Assembly (NCBI GenBank): GCA_012295275.1
Contig: CM022669.1
Span: 1,798,001-1,862,000 of the forward strand
Length of the DNA: 64,000 nt
DNA from: Chrysomallon squamiferum
Taxonomy: Eukaryota > Animalia > Mollusca
Direction: 5' to 3'
Part shown: in pieces, positions 1 to 11,912 of the stretch
Numbering within the stretch: the stretch's first letter is position 1
Layout of the letters: each line of letters starts with the position of its first letter
Made by a program: the position numbers and the translations under genes
Notes under the pieces: model-generated
What the model was told of the DNA's origin: nothing
The model's database searches: none
The model's input: the letters and a program-made list of their open reading frames with translations, nothing else

Positions 1-489
1 GTCTAGAACTCATCTAAAAGCTTCATTTTGATATAAAATACATTGGTTTGAAATTATATGAGATATTCAGTGTTTATGTTGCCAAATTAATTAAATGAAT
101 CATTTTCTCCACAGATCCATAAAATTTTATCAGATGAAAATTGATAACATTTCCCATATTAGTGCTATCAAAGATATCTTGGTGTCATTTTAATCTGATA
201 TAATCAGTAATACATTGTACATTCATTAAAAAAAAAATTATATTTCTGTTTTGAACACTTAGTAATATAGGTCAAGAGGCACAGCTTTGTGATGATAAAA
301 AATAAAATTAATAATAAAATCATTAATGTGTAAAAACCATTTATGACAGGGTATTAATTTAATGAGACACTCTATAATTGTGGCTAATTCTTAGATATCT
401 TTTGCATCCTTTAAGTTGTATCTGTCTGTGTTGTTATTATCCCCAAAATATTAGATAAATACGTTCTTTACCAGTGGTGAACAGTTCCC

Positions 490-575
490 TAGTCAGCTCA
501 TTTTCAAGTATTAAAATCACTAGAGTTGCTGCTTACATACTCTAGTGATTTTAATACTTGAAAATGAGTTGATTA
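490..575. repeat. Near-perfect inverted repeat (hairpin)
   Basis: 497-526 is the exact reverse complement of 539-568 (30 bp) around a 12-nt loop; the stem extends to 490/575 with two G-T pairs. Confidence 0.9.
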
Positions 576-3500
576 TGTTTGCAAAACAAATAAATAAATA
601 AATATAATAATAATAATAAATAAGAAGAAGAAAAAGAAACTTAGAAACAAAATAAATATATTTACAAAAATAGTGATAAATGAGAAAAAATAAAAAGGCA
701 TTGCAGTTTTGTTTACACTAAGGTACAAGATATTGTTAGAATTTAAATTGAAAACAGAATAAAATACTGTTTTAGATCAATATTAATAAAAGGTATATAA
801 TTAATTATTTTTAAACTAAAAAGTTGAAACAGAAAATTAGAAATACTGACACAATTCATAATCATTAAGTGATAAATACTGAGTCTATTAAATATTATAA
901 TCATTCCTTTCCAAATATTATTTATCTCTACATACTCTTATTTATTTACTCCTGCACACATTTATTTATTTATTAAAAACATTAAGTTATTTATTAGATA
1001 TATTTATACTTTGCAGTAATAAATGAAATTAAAAAATATATATATATCTAAATAAAAATATGAAAAACAAAATTAATATGTATAATTTATTAATTATTTA
1101 TTTTTATTTATATACTTTCTGTTGCTGGGTTTGTAAATATTTATGTCAATCTTCCAATGAAAAAAAAGAAAGATGCATTTGATGTAATTTTTAAAAGTCA
1201 ATATTTAATGTGTAATAGAAATACCTAACATAAATAAAAATGCATGTAACATGAATGAGAGCAGACACAAATAATAACATAAATAATAACAAATACTAAC
1301 AATAAACAAAGAAGCAGATAACAGCACATACCAACATTATACACATTAATAAACCTTGATATAAAATATATAATAACACAAACACAGAAACAGTTACAAA
1401 TGTTACACAACATAAGGATGAACAAAAATAGAAAGACATGTGAACATTAGGCATTAAACAAAAAAAACAGTTATTGGGCCCACACCACAAAATATCTATT
1501 AAGGCTTAGTCCAAGTTAAAAAGGCGCTTTAATGGCACCTAACAAGGAATTTAAAAGCTAACCCAATAATTTGGTCTATCCACTGGAGAAATGAACGCAT
1601 CACAAGGTACAAGTTAATTAATTATGATATAAATGTGAATCAATAATAATACAATTGTTAAAACATATTTAAATAACTTCGTCTACATAGGGGGAACCAA
1701 GATAAAATAAGAATCTGTATGGAGGGCAGATTAAACAATAAAATATTTATGTGTATGATATATTACTAACACAGGTTAGTTACATATTACACCTATCAAA
1801 ATAAGAACAGGCAGTGGCTTATCATAAAGGCAATACCATTTAAAAACATTGGTTCCCTATCTGAATTTTGGCTGTCATTTTGGCTGTTATTTTGGCTTTT
1901 TTCTTTTTTCCTCACTCTTAATTACCAAAAACCAACTCTTTTAAAATTGAGTTGAGAAATCGGTGGCAAAAATAAAATGCACAGGTGTGACAGGAAAACT
2001 AATTAACAAATAAATTGGTTACAAAACTGAAAACACCATCTCAAGCAAATCCATGGGGTTGAAAATGGGTGGTAAAAATATAATGTGGATGTTGCAGAAC
2101 TAAAATGTGTAATTTAATCTGAATTCAGTGACACATACAAAGAAGCTACAATGCACACATGTACATGAACAAACATGAAAACACCCATCGCACAAACAAA
2201 AACATTAACTAGCATAGGAAGATACATAAACACAGAAACAGTAAAAATATGGAAACGTTAATGTAGCTGTGGTTGAAATGTGTGTCTGCTTATACCTAAA
2301 CATGTGAAAGATTAGGATGAAAAATGAGTAAATGTACATTTTATAGTAAAGATTGATAAATATAATTATGTTTAACAGTAAACTTGGTAACAAATTGGTA
2401 ATTGACTAAATTGTTTCCAAAGATCTTGGGTTAGAGCCAGGTATCAATGTTGGCATCAGTATCAATTTGGTACTGCTATATTGGTGTATTGACGGTCAGT
2501 TATGTGTAAGAGGACCTGATGTCATTCTTTTATCATCTTGTAGTGATTGCAGAACAGTGCTTAGGATGACTAGAAAACAATAAACTTTTTAACTGCTGAA
2601 ATGTTTTTTTTGTCACCAACATCATATGATGTCAATAGATCAGTATAGTTATGAATGGCTACTCATCTAGTTTTATAAAATCCTTTTTGTTTTTTTGTTG
2701 AGCATGCTTGCATATGGTAGTTGTATAATAAAATAAACTATTTAAATCATAATACACTTATCAGTCTTCAAAACAGTTTTTCCTTTTAAGTTGAATTTTT
2801 TGTTATAAAAGGTATCAGTTACTAAATTCTCAATAAAATATGCAAATTATGCATTTATTTATTAAAATAAACAATGGGAGCAGTATTATCTTAAGTCCTG
2901 TCCACAAGGGATATGGGTACGCTGTCTACACAAGCTACACAAGGCACATGGTCATACCCAAGAATGCACAATAGATTTTGTTTTTATACAATTTGGTGGT
3001 CATGCTTTATGCTGACCAGATAAAAATTTATATGTGTTGACTGAAGCTGGAAGCGAAATGAGATTACAGTGGCTTCATGCTGTGTGTACATTTCATCTAT
3101 CACAGCCACCAAAGCCATTGTGAGTCAGGTATAATTGGTACTGAAAAATTGAATATGATAAAAACCAGTGTATGTGTGTATGTGAAGAATTTTACCAAGG
3201 AACCCATTTACCTTCAGTTTGTGAACCTTTAAATGAAATTGTGGCACTGATCAACATCTTCTTTTTGGTGATGCACACAGTCAATGCAACCAGTTAATGT
3301 TTGTTTTCAGCATTCTGGGATCAACATTTAAAAATATTTCCTGGAAACATCCCTAGCAAATTTGGAAGTGGCCACTCAACATCATAATGATAAAATCAGT
3401 GGCAGCCCTGAATGTGGACATTGAACAAGCTGGAGTATAGATTACATTCAAGAACAATTAGTGAAGACTAACTTGATTAATTTATAATTAAAAACAAAAT

Positions 3501-4899
3501 AACACACTAGACAAATGTTTTAACATAAATGTGTAAAACAGTAGCTAGTATAATAAATAATATGTATGAGTGCATATGAAAGAGAGAAAAGGTGTTTCTG
3601 CTTTAATTATATAATTTTTAGGAAAAAATAAATGTAAGTGACAAACACCTACATGAATATACTAAATTAGCAATATTATCTGTATATGCCTGTTACACAT
3701 ATATCACGAAATTGTAGCATTGGTTAACATTTTACTGGAAATGATAGACATTATTACCATATTTCAGGGTTTCTTTAATCATTCATGTTCCGGAGTTTTT
3801 CATTCTGAATACAAATGGATAAATGTTGTAAAGTTGACTGCAAGGGATCTTCTGGTTAAGTATAACTTTTTTGCTTTTGTGTAAATAAACTGGTCATAAG
3901 CATAGATGAATTCTACACACTTGATGGACAATCTCTTCCATCTTACATAGAACCAGAAATTGTAGATGTTCAAAAGGACGCATCTCTAATGGAAATATAT
4001 GATCTTTTTGTATCAACAGTTCAGATTCTAGTGACTGTGTTAACGACCAAATGTAATTAGAATCTTCAATAAAGAAAAAATATCTATAAATGGCCAGAAA
4101 CACATCACTCAGAGCTTTTAGAGTGTATCCCTAACACTTAAAAACACATTATTAATTCTCCTCCAGTCAGAACCATTCATAACTAGGTCAAAGTGATCAG
4201 CACCAATGAGAGATCTTCCCCACAAAAACTAAGTCAATTTTTCTTGCTTACACATGCAAATAAAAGTTTCTATTGTGATGAGTATATTTACTTTGTCTTC
4301 AAATGACATTAATGGCATCAAGTGAACCAGAATTGAATCATTCTCATATCACATGGAGTTGGGAAGATACCCAGTTTCATCAGCTGTTTGTAAATGGCTT
4401 TCTTGTTAACTAATTGAAATAGTTTTTTTCCTACTTCTATCAAAGACATTACTGTCAACATCAAATGCCCGATAGTTACTAACTGTGCAAGATAGTTTTG
4501 TCTGCATGTTGCAGTGGTCTTGGCAACAGCTTTTGCAACAGCATAAAGGTAATAAAAATCAAATATGCCAACACAGCCATTTTGTAGGTGTGTGTGTCTG
4601 TTCTGTGCTTGTCTGATCAGAAAAGTAAAAAAATAGTTATTAATATTTTCTAGACTGGAGTAAAATTTATGACAGTTTTAAACTGTTAAAAACCACATGC
4701 TCTGTTGTTGAGTAATGCCTTGGAAGAAATGGATTAAGTTTTAGAAATGTAAACTGACTTGGGGAGGCAAATATTAAAAATAGTACAAAACACAGTGATA
4801 ATAACTATAATACACAGGTTAGTAGGGGTATGCAAAATGCTGATCTATCAAGGAAGAAATTTAATTTAGTTAAACTTTACATCATTCACTGCGAGTTAG

Positions 4900-5215
4900 T
4901 CATATGTCCACTACCACTTCTACCTTTACTGCCATTTAATAATTGTACTTTGCTGCTGTTGTAGGTACTATTATTGTTACTTTTACCATTATTTCTACTA
5001 TCACAACAGCCACTACTATTTATTACTATTTCTGTTGCTATTATTACTTTTGTTGCTGTTTCTGCTACTGCTATTACTACAATTACTACTACTATTACAC
5101 TAATACTATTCCTACTGCTACTCCAACTGAAGCTACTGCTACTACTTCTATTACTGCTACTAATAACATACAATGCACATGCTCTCAACCAAAATGTCTG
5201 GAAACTATTTGACCT

Positions 5216-5246
<31 letters not shown>
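4900..5246. repeat. Degenerate (CTA/CTG/TTA)n low-complexity tract followed by (TA)n
   Basis: Trinucleotide-periodic sequence; explains the three overlapping low-complexity ORFs at 4886-5252. Confidence 0.8.
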
Positions 5247-5251
<5 letters not shown>

Positions 5252-7521
5252 AAAAATTGAAATTTTAGTAAAACAACAAAATAGCTGTCATTAACAAATC
5301 AGCTCTTCTACTTATATTTTTCTATATTTTATAAAACGTTTTCATATTTCAATTCATCATTTATCATATTTAATTTAGGCTAAAAATAAGTGTTACACAA
5401 ATTTGAAAAATGTCCATCTTTTAAGAAAGAAGCAAACATCCACCCCCTTTGTAGAAAGTCAATTTGTGGTCACTTTGCATTGATGATTAATCCAGCTGAC
5501 ACATGAATAACTTAGAATATTAATTTTAAAATTGGGTAAGCTGAATATGAAATTATTTAATTACAATTAAAAAATGAAAATGTTTTGATGAAAGAGCATA
5601 TTCCGATTTACAAATATACTGAAAGGAACACAGTAAAACCGTTTTCTTCAAATGTTTTATTTATTTTTCTTTGTGTTTTTGTTATGTTCGTTTAATTTTA
5701 AAGTCAAAATATGTATTCAAAAATTATTAGAAAACATTTAATGAAACAAAGTAATATTAATTTTTCTTCAAATGTGCAACTGATATAAAGTTTACATGTC
5801 ACCAAAGTCTGATGTGTACTTTATTTATTTTTCAATACTACACTACTCAATATTCTGCAACTTCTTGTATAGTAACACTCCAAGCATGTTTTGAATATAA
5901 GTATTATAATTTACAGTATACTATACATTATGCTTGAATATTTTACTTTGAATGATTTCCATGGATTTCAATTTAACTAAAATACAAACTAAAATTGCAT
6001 ATATTTATAAACAAAAATCAAAATTTGGTTTAACTATCCATGAAACATTTTATATATTAGAATAAACTTACAGAGGTAATAAAATCATAATATATGTGCT
6101 TAATACAAAAACTAAAATGACAGTGCCAAGCCAAAGTTTAAAAGAATAGAAATGTGCAAACTTTTAACGTGTATACATATGCTGCATTGTCATTGTCTAT
6201 TCTTTGACATTTTAAAACTGTTCCCTTATTAAACCTGTTGTAATTTATCGGTATTAATAAAATAATGAAGTTTAACTAAATTAAGCTTTACAACTGTATT
6301 TTTGTTTTTACACACACACACGCACATTTTTCCTATTTTTGGGGTAATGGTGGGATGAATTATTTTAGGCATTCAACAAAAATAAGACAATTAAAAATAT
6401 AAAAAAATAAATTAAATGCCCCTATTTTCAATTTTAGTTGTCATATCATTGCATACAACTGACAGTTGTAGATTTTTGTCAAAAGGTTCAGTCTATGTTA
6501 CCCATTTTCCAAATCTACAAAACTGACAATGGTTGTTGCAGTATTATTGACATAATACAGTTTTCATTAGAAGAAATAAAAACGTGTATCTAGGTTTGGG
6601 ACCTGTCATAGTGAATATAGATTCCTTTTGTACTGTCTTTGGTTGATGAAAATATGGTAACCAATCAAAAACCAGTGATTTAGATGAATATGTTACAACT
6701 GAATTGCTAGCACAATGTTAATAAGAACAGCAAATATTATTGTGACTTAAGTAGGTAGATAATGGTGCTGTTGGATTACTGAAATAATTTTACTGAAACA
6801 GCAGAAAACAGTCAAATTAAACTCCATGTACAGAAATTAATTTAATGGCACCATGACATGTTTGATTACTAATCTTACCACAAAGAATTTTCTTTCACAT
6901 CACTGTGTTTTTATATAACCAACCCATTACTTTTCAAGACCCGCATGCAAGACATTTTGAGGTTACATTTATACCAGATAAACCATAGTTGATTAATTAA
7001 AACAAAAGAACCAAACAAACACAATGATTAAAAATACTTATGTGTACAGCACCATGACATAAGTGAGTAGTTAGTGTGCACTGGACATTCCAAACTTCAG
7101 TAATTACTTATTTTATCTTGCCACATAATTTTCATGCTAGACTGGCTAATGACATCCTGAAAGCGTAAATGTTTTCCTAGATCAGAAGTTAAAGAATAAA
7201 GCAAAAAACATCACTGTATTCAAGAAATTTATGAAAACCAGTGTGTTTTATTTTGCTACAAAGTACATCTTCAATAAATTTGTACTATCAAAGTAGTATA
7301 ACTGTAGCAGAGTGTATTCATCAGAATCGTCTCACAGCAACACTATGAAAGCAAAATCTAATTATGAAATAAAATGAGCAAAAGTAATAAGTAATTAACC
7401 TATATGTACTCAAATAAACTTTTTTTTTTTCCCCCTTAATTTTATTATTAAGAAATAAATTAGCAAAGGCAAGAACAACAAATAACAACCATCAAAAATT
7501 ACTATGACATTAAGCTTCATT

Positions 7522-10052
7522 CAGGGGAGTATCCAGGGTATGGCAGGCATGGCAATTGCTCTGAGTGCCATCACTTGGGTTTCATTCACTTGATTCTGCA
7601 AAAAAACAAACAAAAACCACACTTTTCTTCAAACATATGTTATTCTGTCTTTTTATGGCCACTAGGTTGGCCAGATTGTTAAAGAACTTGTGTAAATTAT
7701 TATGTTGAAATATAATGCTTGTAAAACTATAGTAAACTATAGTAATCTATGAAATTTAATGTTCTTATTAAGGAGTTATTTCTTTATTTTAAGTAATTCT
7801 AAGAAGACCATGAAATATTTTGTTTCAAAGAAGGAAATTGGAGCTGAAAGACGAAGAGACAAATGTTGGAACCAGATGGAGACACTTGCACCTGCTACAA
7901 GTTTGTTAGAATATTAAGTACAATATGAGTACAAATGTGTCATAAGCTAAAGATGAAGTAAAGTTAGATAAACCTGAGTATAATGGGATTAAGAGTGAGG
8001 GTGCCAGAGAGAATGTTGACATGACAGGAGGGTTAGATGAAGTTGATGATGATGTTGAATGTACTGATAAAAATATACCTTCTAGACTGAACCTGAACAC
8101 ATTGAACTTAGTGAAGTGGATGGTGTCAAAGTCTCGACCTGCCATTCCAGAAGTAATTAAACAGCATCACACTGGACTTCTGAAAAGAAATTCTATCCGA
8201 TACATTAAGAACAGAAATTATAAACTGGGGTTCAAAGTATTTCCATAACAGTGAAGGTTCTTTCCTGCCAACAAATAACCGCTCAGTGAATGAAACTTTG
8301 TACAAGAGAAAACTGGGGAATGATCATGATGAGGAAGTGACTCACTCATGTCTGGTCTATTCCAGCATTTTGCATCTGTTGTCTTCTCTATTCCAGGTCA
8401 GACAATTAATCATCACAGAAAGTGGATTCAACCAGTGGAAAGCACCTGAAAGGTTCATGAAAATGCAAGAGTTTACTGAGAAGCATTTGTAGAGCCAAGG
8501 ACTATGGTCTCATGTTCGACTTGACTCCTGATCAAGGATCTAGTGATGCTCGTTTTTTGGAACCATCCAAGCTCTCTGTGTGTTTTTCTCATGTTCAACA
8601 CAGCATTGGGAAAACACAGAAATGCTTGGACTGTGGTTGTTAAGTCAGAGTCTGAAACCTGGGGCAGTGCGAGAACAGATGCACTAAACCCTGACAGCAA
8701 GTATCTTAAGATGATAGTGCAAGTCCTCCAGGATATGATAGTCAATGAAACTGAAACAAGAAGTGATGAAAAAAAGCTGTGTAACCACATGCTGAGTTAT
8801 GATTTTGCTAGGATTTTGGGCCAAAATACTCACTTGCATTGAACATGTTCAAAAGAGGCTTCAGGATACTAGCATGAACTTTCATGACGCTGCCATGAAT
8901 TTGAAATCCCTTCAAGATAATTTTGATGATAAAAGAGAATTGTGGGTCAGTGAGTCCCTCAAAGGACTAAATCTCTGTCAAGAATGGAATGTTGGAGAAG
9001 AAAGATGTTAGAGACAAAAGAAACAAATGGCTGGTGACTGGGTTAACAGCTAAAGAGGAAACTGAAAGAGATATGAAGGTAACACTCAACCATCTTCACA
9101 TAGAAATGGATGAAAGGTTCACTCGTTTGCATGTCACAGATGCCAAGTATGGTTCCTTCACAATGTGGAGGGACTGTGTTATAGCTGCTAAATGAAGAAA
9201 TTTTGAATTGCAGAATCATAACAACTTGAAGATAACACAGCCTGAAGAACTTGTCAAATTCATTGTTCAGTATGCTAACCATCGAAGTTTCCAATGCCAG
9301 CTGTGAAAGACCATTTAGCAAGATGAAATTAATACTTTCCTATTTGAGCTTCTATGGGTCAAGAAAGACTATGTGATCTTGCTCTGCTCAGTGTAGAAAG
9401 AGAAGAAACTGAGAACACTGAGCACATCATAGACCAATCTGCATCAATAAAACCATGGAAAGTGCGGTTGTAACTTTTAACTTGTGTCATGATTTGTTAA
9501 TTTGAATTAATTATGAGTATCAAACTGCAATTACATATTTTTGGAACACCCTGTATTTTTATTTGAATAAACAGATATATATTTCCCAAAATACTTTTGT
9601 CTTACTAATGTATATATTTTTTTTATTTACTATTCAAAGAACCATTGGTTTTCAGCATTAATTTTCATAGTTTGGGATAAGTAGATTTAGTTTATGTTCT
9701 GGTGAGTCTTTCTGCCTCATGCAAATATTTCTGACTATATATATAATACATAGCCTTAGATTATATACTTGAACAAAAGTCTTGTATAAAGCAAAATATA
9801 TATTTGAATAAAACTTTTATTTAAAAAAGGGTGATTGGATTTAGTTCTTTTTCTTAATAATCTCATCCTTATGAGACATTTACCTCACAAATTAATTCCT
9901 CAATTCACTTTCAATTTCACAAAGTCTTTTCAATTCTTCTTCTTTTTGAATATATATCTTTTTGGTTTTATATCCTATGTTTGAATAAAATAAATACAAT
10001 TTTTAAAAATATATGAGTCAGATGTTTGACATTTCTCCTAAATACGCTCCTG
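7522..10052 (+). mobile_element. Decayed hAT DNA transposon (ZMYM1-like transposase remnant)
   Basis: Exact 8-bp TSD GCTTCATT at 7514-7521 and 10053-10060. Imperfect TIRs: CAGGGGAGTATCCAGG left, CAGGAGCGTATTTAGG right (reverse complement). Frameshifted transposase pieces GFNQWKAPERF, SETWGSARTDAL and the hATC dimerisation motif LTIEVSNASCERPFSKMKLILSY...QERLCDLALLSVERE near 9270-9410. Confidence 0.9.
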
Positions 10053-10705
10053 GCTTCATTTTCACGAGATCAGCTTAATTCAGGTATTGGGTAATTTAAA
10101 CATATATTTGCATTAGTTGTTTCTTGCTTGAGTCAATGGTGATGGCAAACAGTGGTGGGGTAGACAATAAAATAAGGTAAATTACGTATATTTAAATGTT
10201 GACAATCCATGTTCAAGTTATTTTTTGGTGATAAAAAGGAGTGGCAATATACAGGTATTAGTAAATGAAGAAGAGAGTTACTAATTATGTACTGGGATAA
10301 GTATTCATTTCATTGTTAGTTTAAGAATATTTTGATAACAGTGATACCATAACAGTATTTTAAAAACATAAATATTACAAAATGTATTTATTTTTCAATT
10401 ATTAATCTGTTCTTTACTCGGACATTCATTTATGGAAGAATTAATTCGCAAATATTGCAACCTACCTGCCAAACATGCATAATGTTGAGGCAAAAAACAA
10501 AATAATATTATACAGATTAAATATTACAATTCTGTAAAAATAATATAATAACAACAAGTATAATAAAACTTTAAATACAGGTGTATACAGTGGTACACAA
10601 TTGTTCTTCTGATTATTAGACTTTTAGTTTGCCTGTTGTGAGCAAAGAGCAATGATTTTTTTTCAATATAAACCCATATTCCTTCATTAAAACCATTAAT
10701 GTTTA

Positions 10706-11879
10706 TCAAACAAGGTTAATCTTTATCTCAAAAGGACAGTCTGTTGAGTCTAATGGCTGTCTGAAAAGCTGTGTATGTTGCCAGGCAACACTGCCCTGCC
10801 CACCACTTAGCTGAGCAGTCACTGCAAATGATCGGCTGCCTTTAATATCCACATCTCTCAAAGTGTTCAAGTCATTACCTGAAATTAAATGTTAGGTTCT
10901 CAGCTCTTGTTAACAAACTCTCCTTCTGATCAGTGGAAGTCATTTACTTTGAAAGATAAACAAAAAAATGTAGAAACATGTGAAAATATATAGATATACT
11001 GACATTACATTTAGGACAGATTAGATTTATCTGTTAACTGGTTATAAATTTACTGTTTTCATTTTATTATAATAATTTAAAAACAAACAGTAAATCATTT
11101 AAGTCAATCTGTCAGTTAAAGAACAAAGTTTAAAATGAAAATGAAATCTACCCATTAAATGATTCATGCAAATTTGTAATCAATTCAATATATCTCTATT
11201 GCTCAATAATATTTTCAAAGGGTCATTCCGTGTCAAATCACCCCCCCCAAAAATTTTTTACACCCAACCGTCTCAGCTTTTTATGAAACTTGGTATACTT
11301 GTTGACTGGGATCCCACAGCACCAAATATGGTGATCCCTAGCATCCAGAATTGATCATTCAGGTTTTAGTTAATCAGATGTTAATGGCTGAAAAAGTGTT
11401 ATTTTCATGTATGTGCATTTTTTAAATCTATATTGTGGCTAAACCAAAAATATTACACCCAGGAAACTTTTATATGTTTTAGTTAACATGTGTGAGATTA
11501 AATTTCAATAAAGGTCATCTCAAGATCATGTGATCCACACGGTCAATTTCAAGGTCATAGCAAAGGTCAAAAGGTCAAGGACTCCAAAATTTTATGAAGA
11601 TTGGCCCAGTAGTTCCTGAGATATGAGGGTTCTAAGGTTGGTGGTCACACCCATTTTTGGCAAAAATCTCAAAATTCAGTGGGCCGTATCTCCCACACCA
11701 CTGGTCTGATTGAGCTAAAATGGTGCTGTGGGATCCCAGTCAACAAGTATACCAAATTTCATAAAAATCTGAGACAGTCGGGTGTAAACCATTGGGTGAT
11801 TTGACACGGAATGACCCCAAATAAAGTGTATATAATATATATATGCTTACTCACAGACATAACATACATACATACATAC

Positions 11880-11912
<33 letters not shown>

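Noticed and set aside
3790-4560. Coding-like stretch including ORF 3894-4103
   Set aside because: Multiple stops and no motif or splice structure I can recognise; probably an old transposon remnant but not assignable.
4886-5252. Three overlapping ORFs rich in Y/T/L/S
   Set aside because: Translations of a degenerate trinucleotide repeat; no splice or homology support.
10879-10960. Alternative upstream acceptor for the last NGLY1 exon (TTTATCTTTCAAAG on the minus strand)
   Set aside because: Gives a stop after 5 codons and loses the conserved PAW C-terminus; the acceptor at 10879-10880 gives the complete domain.
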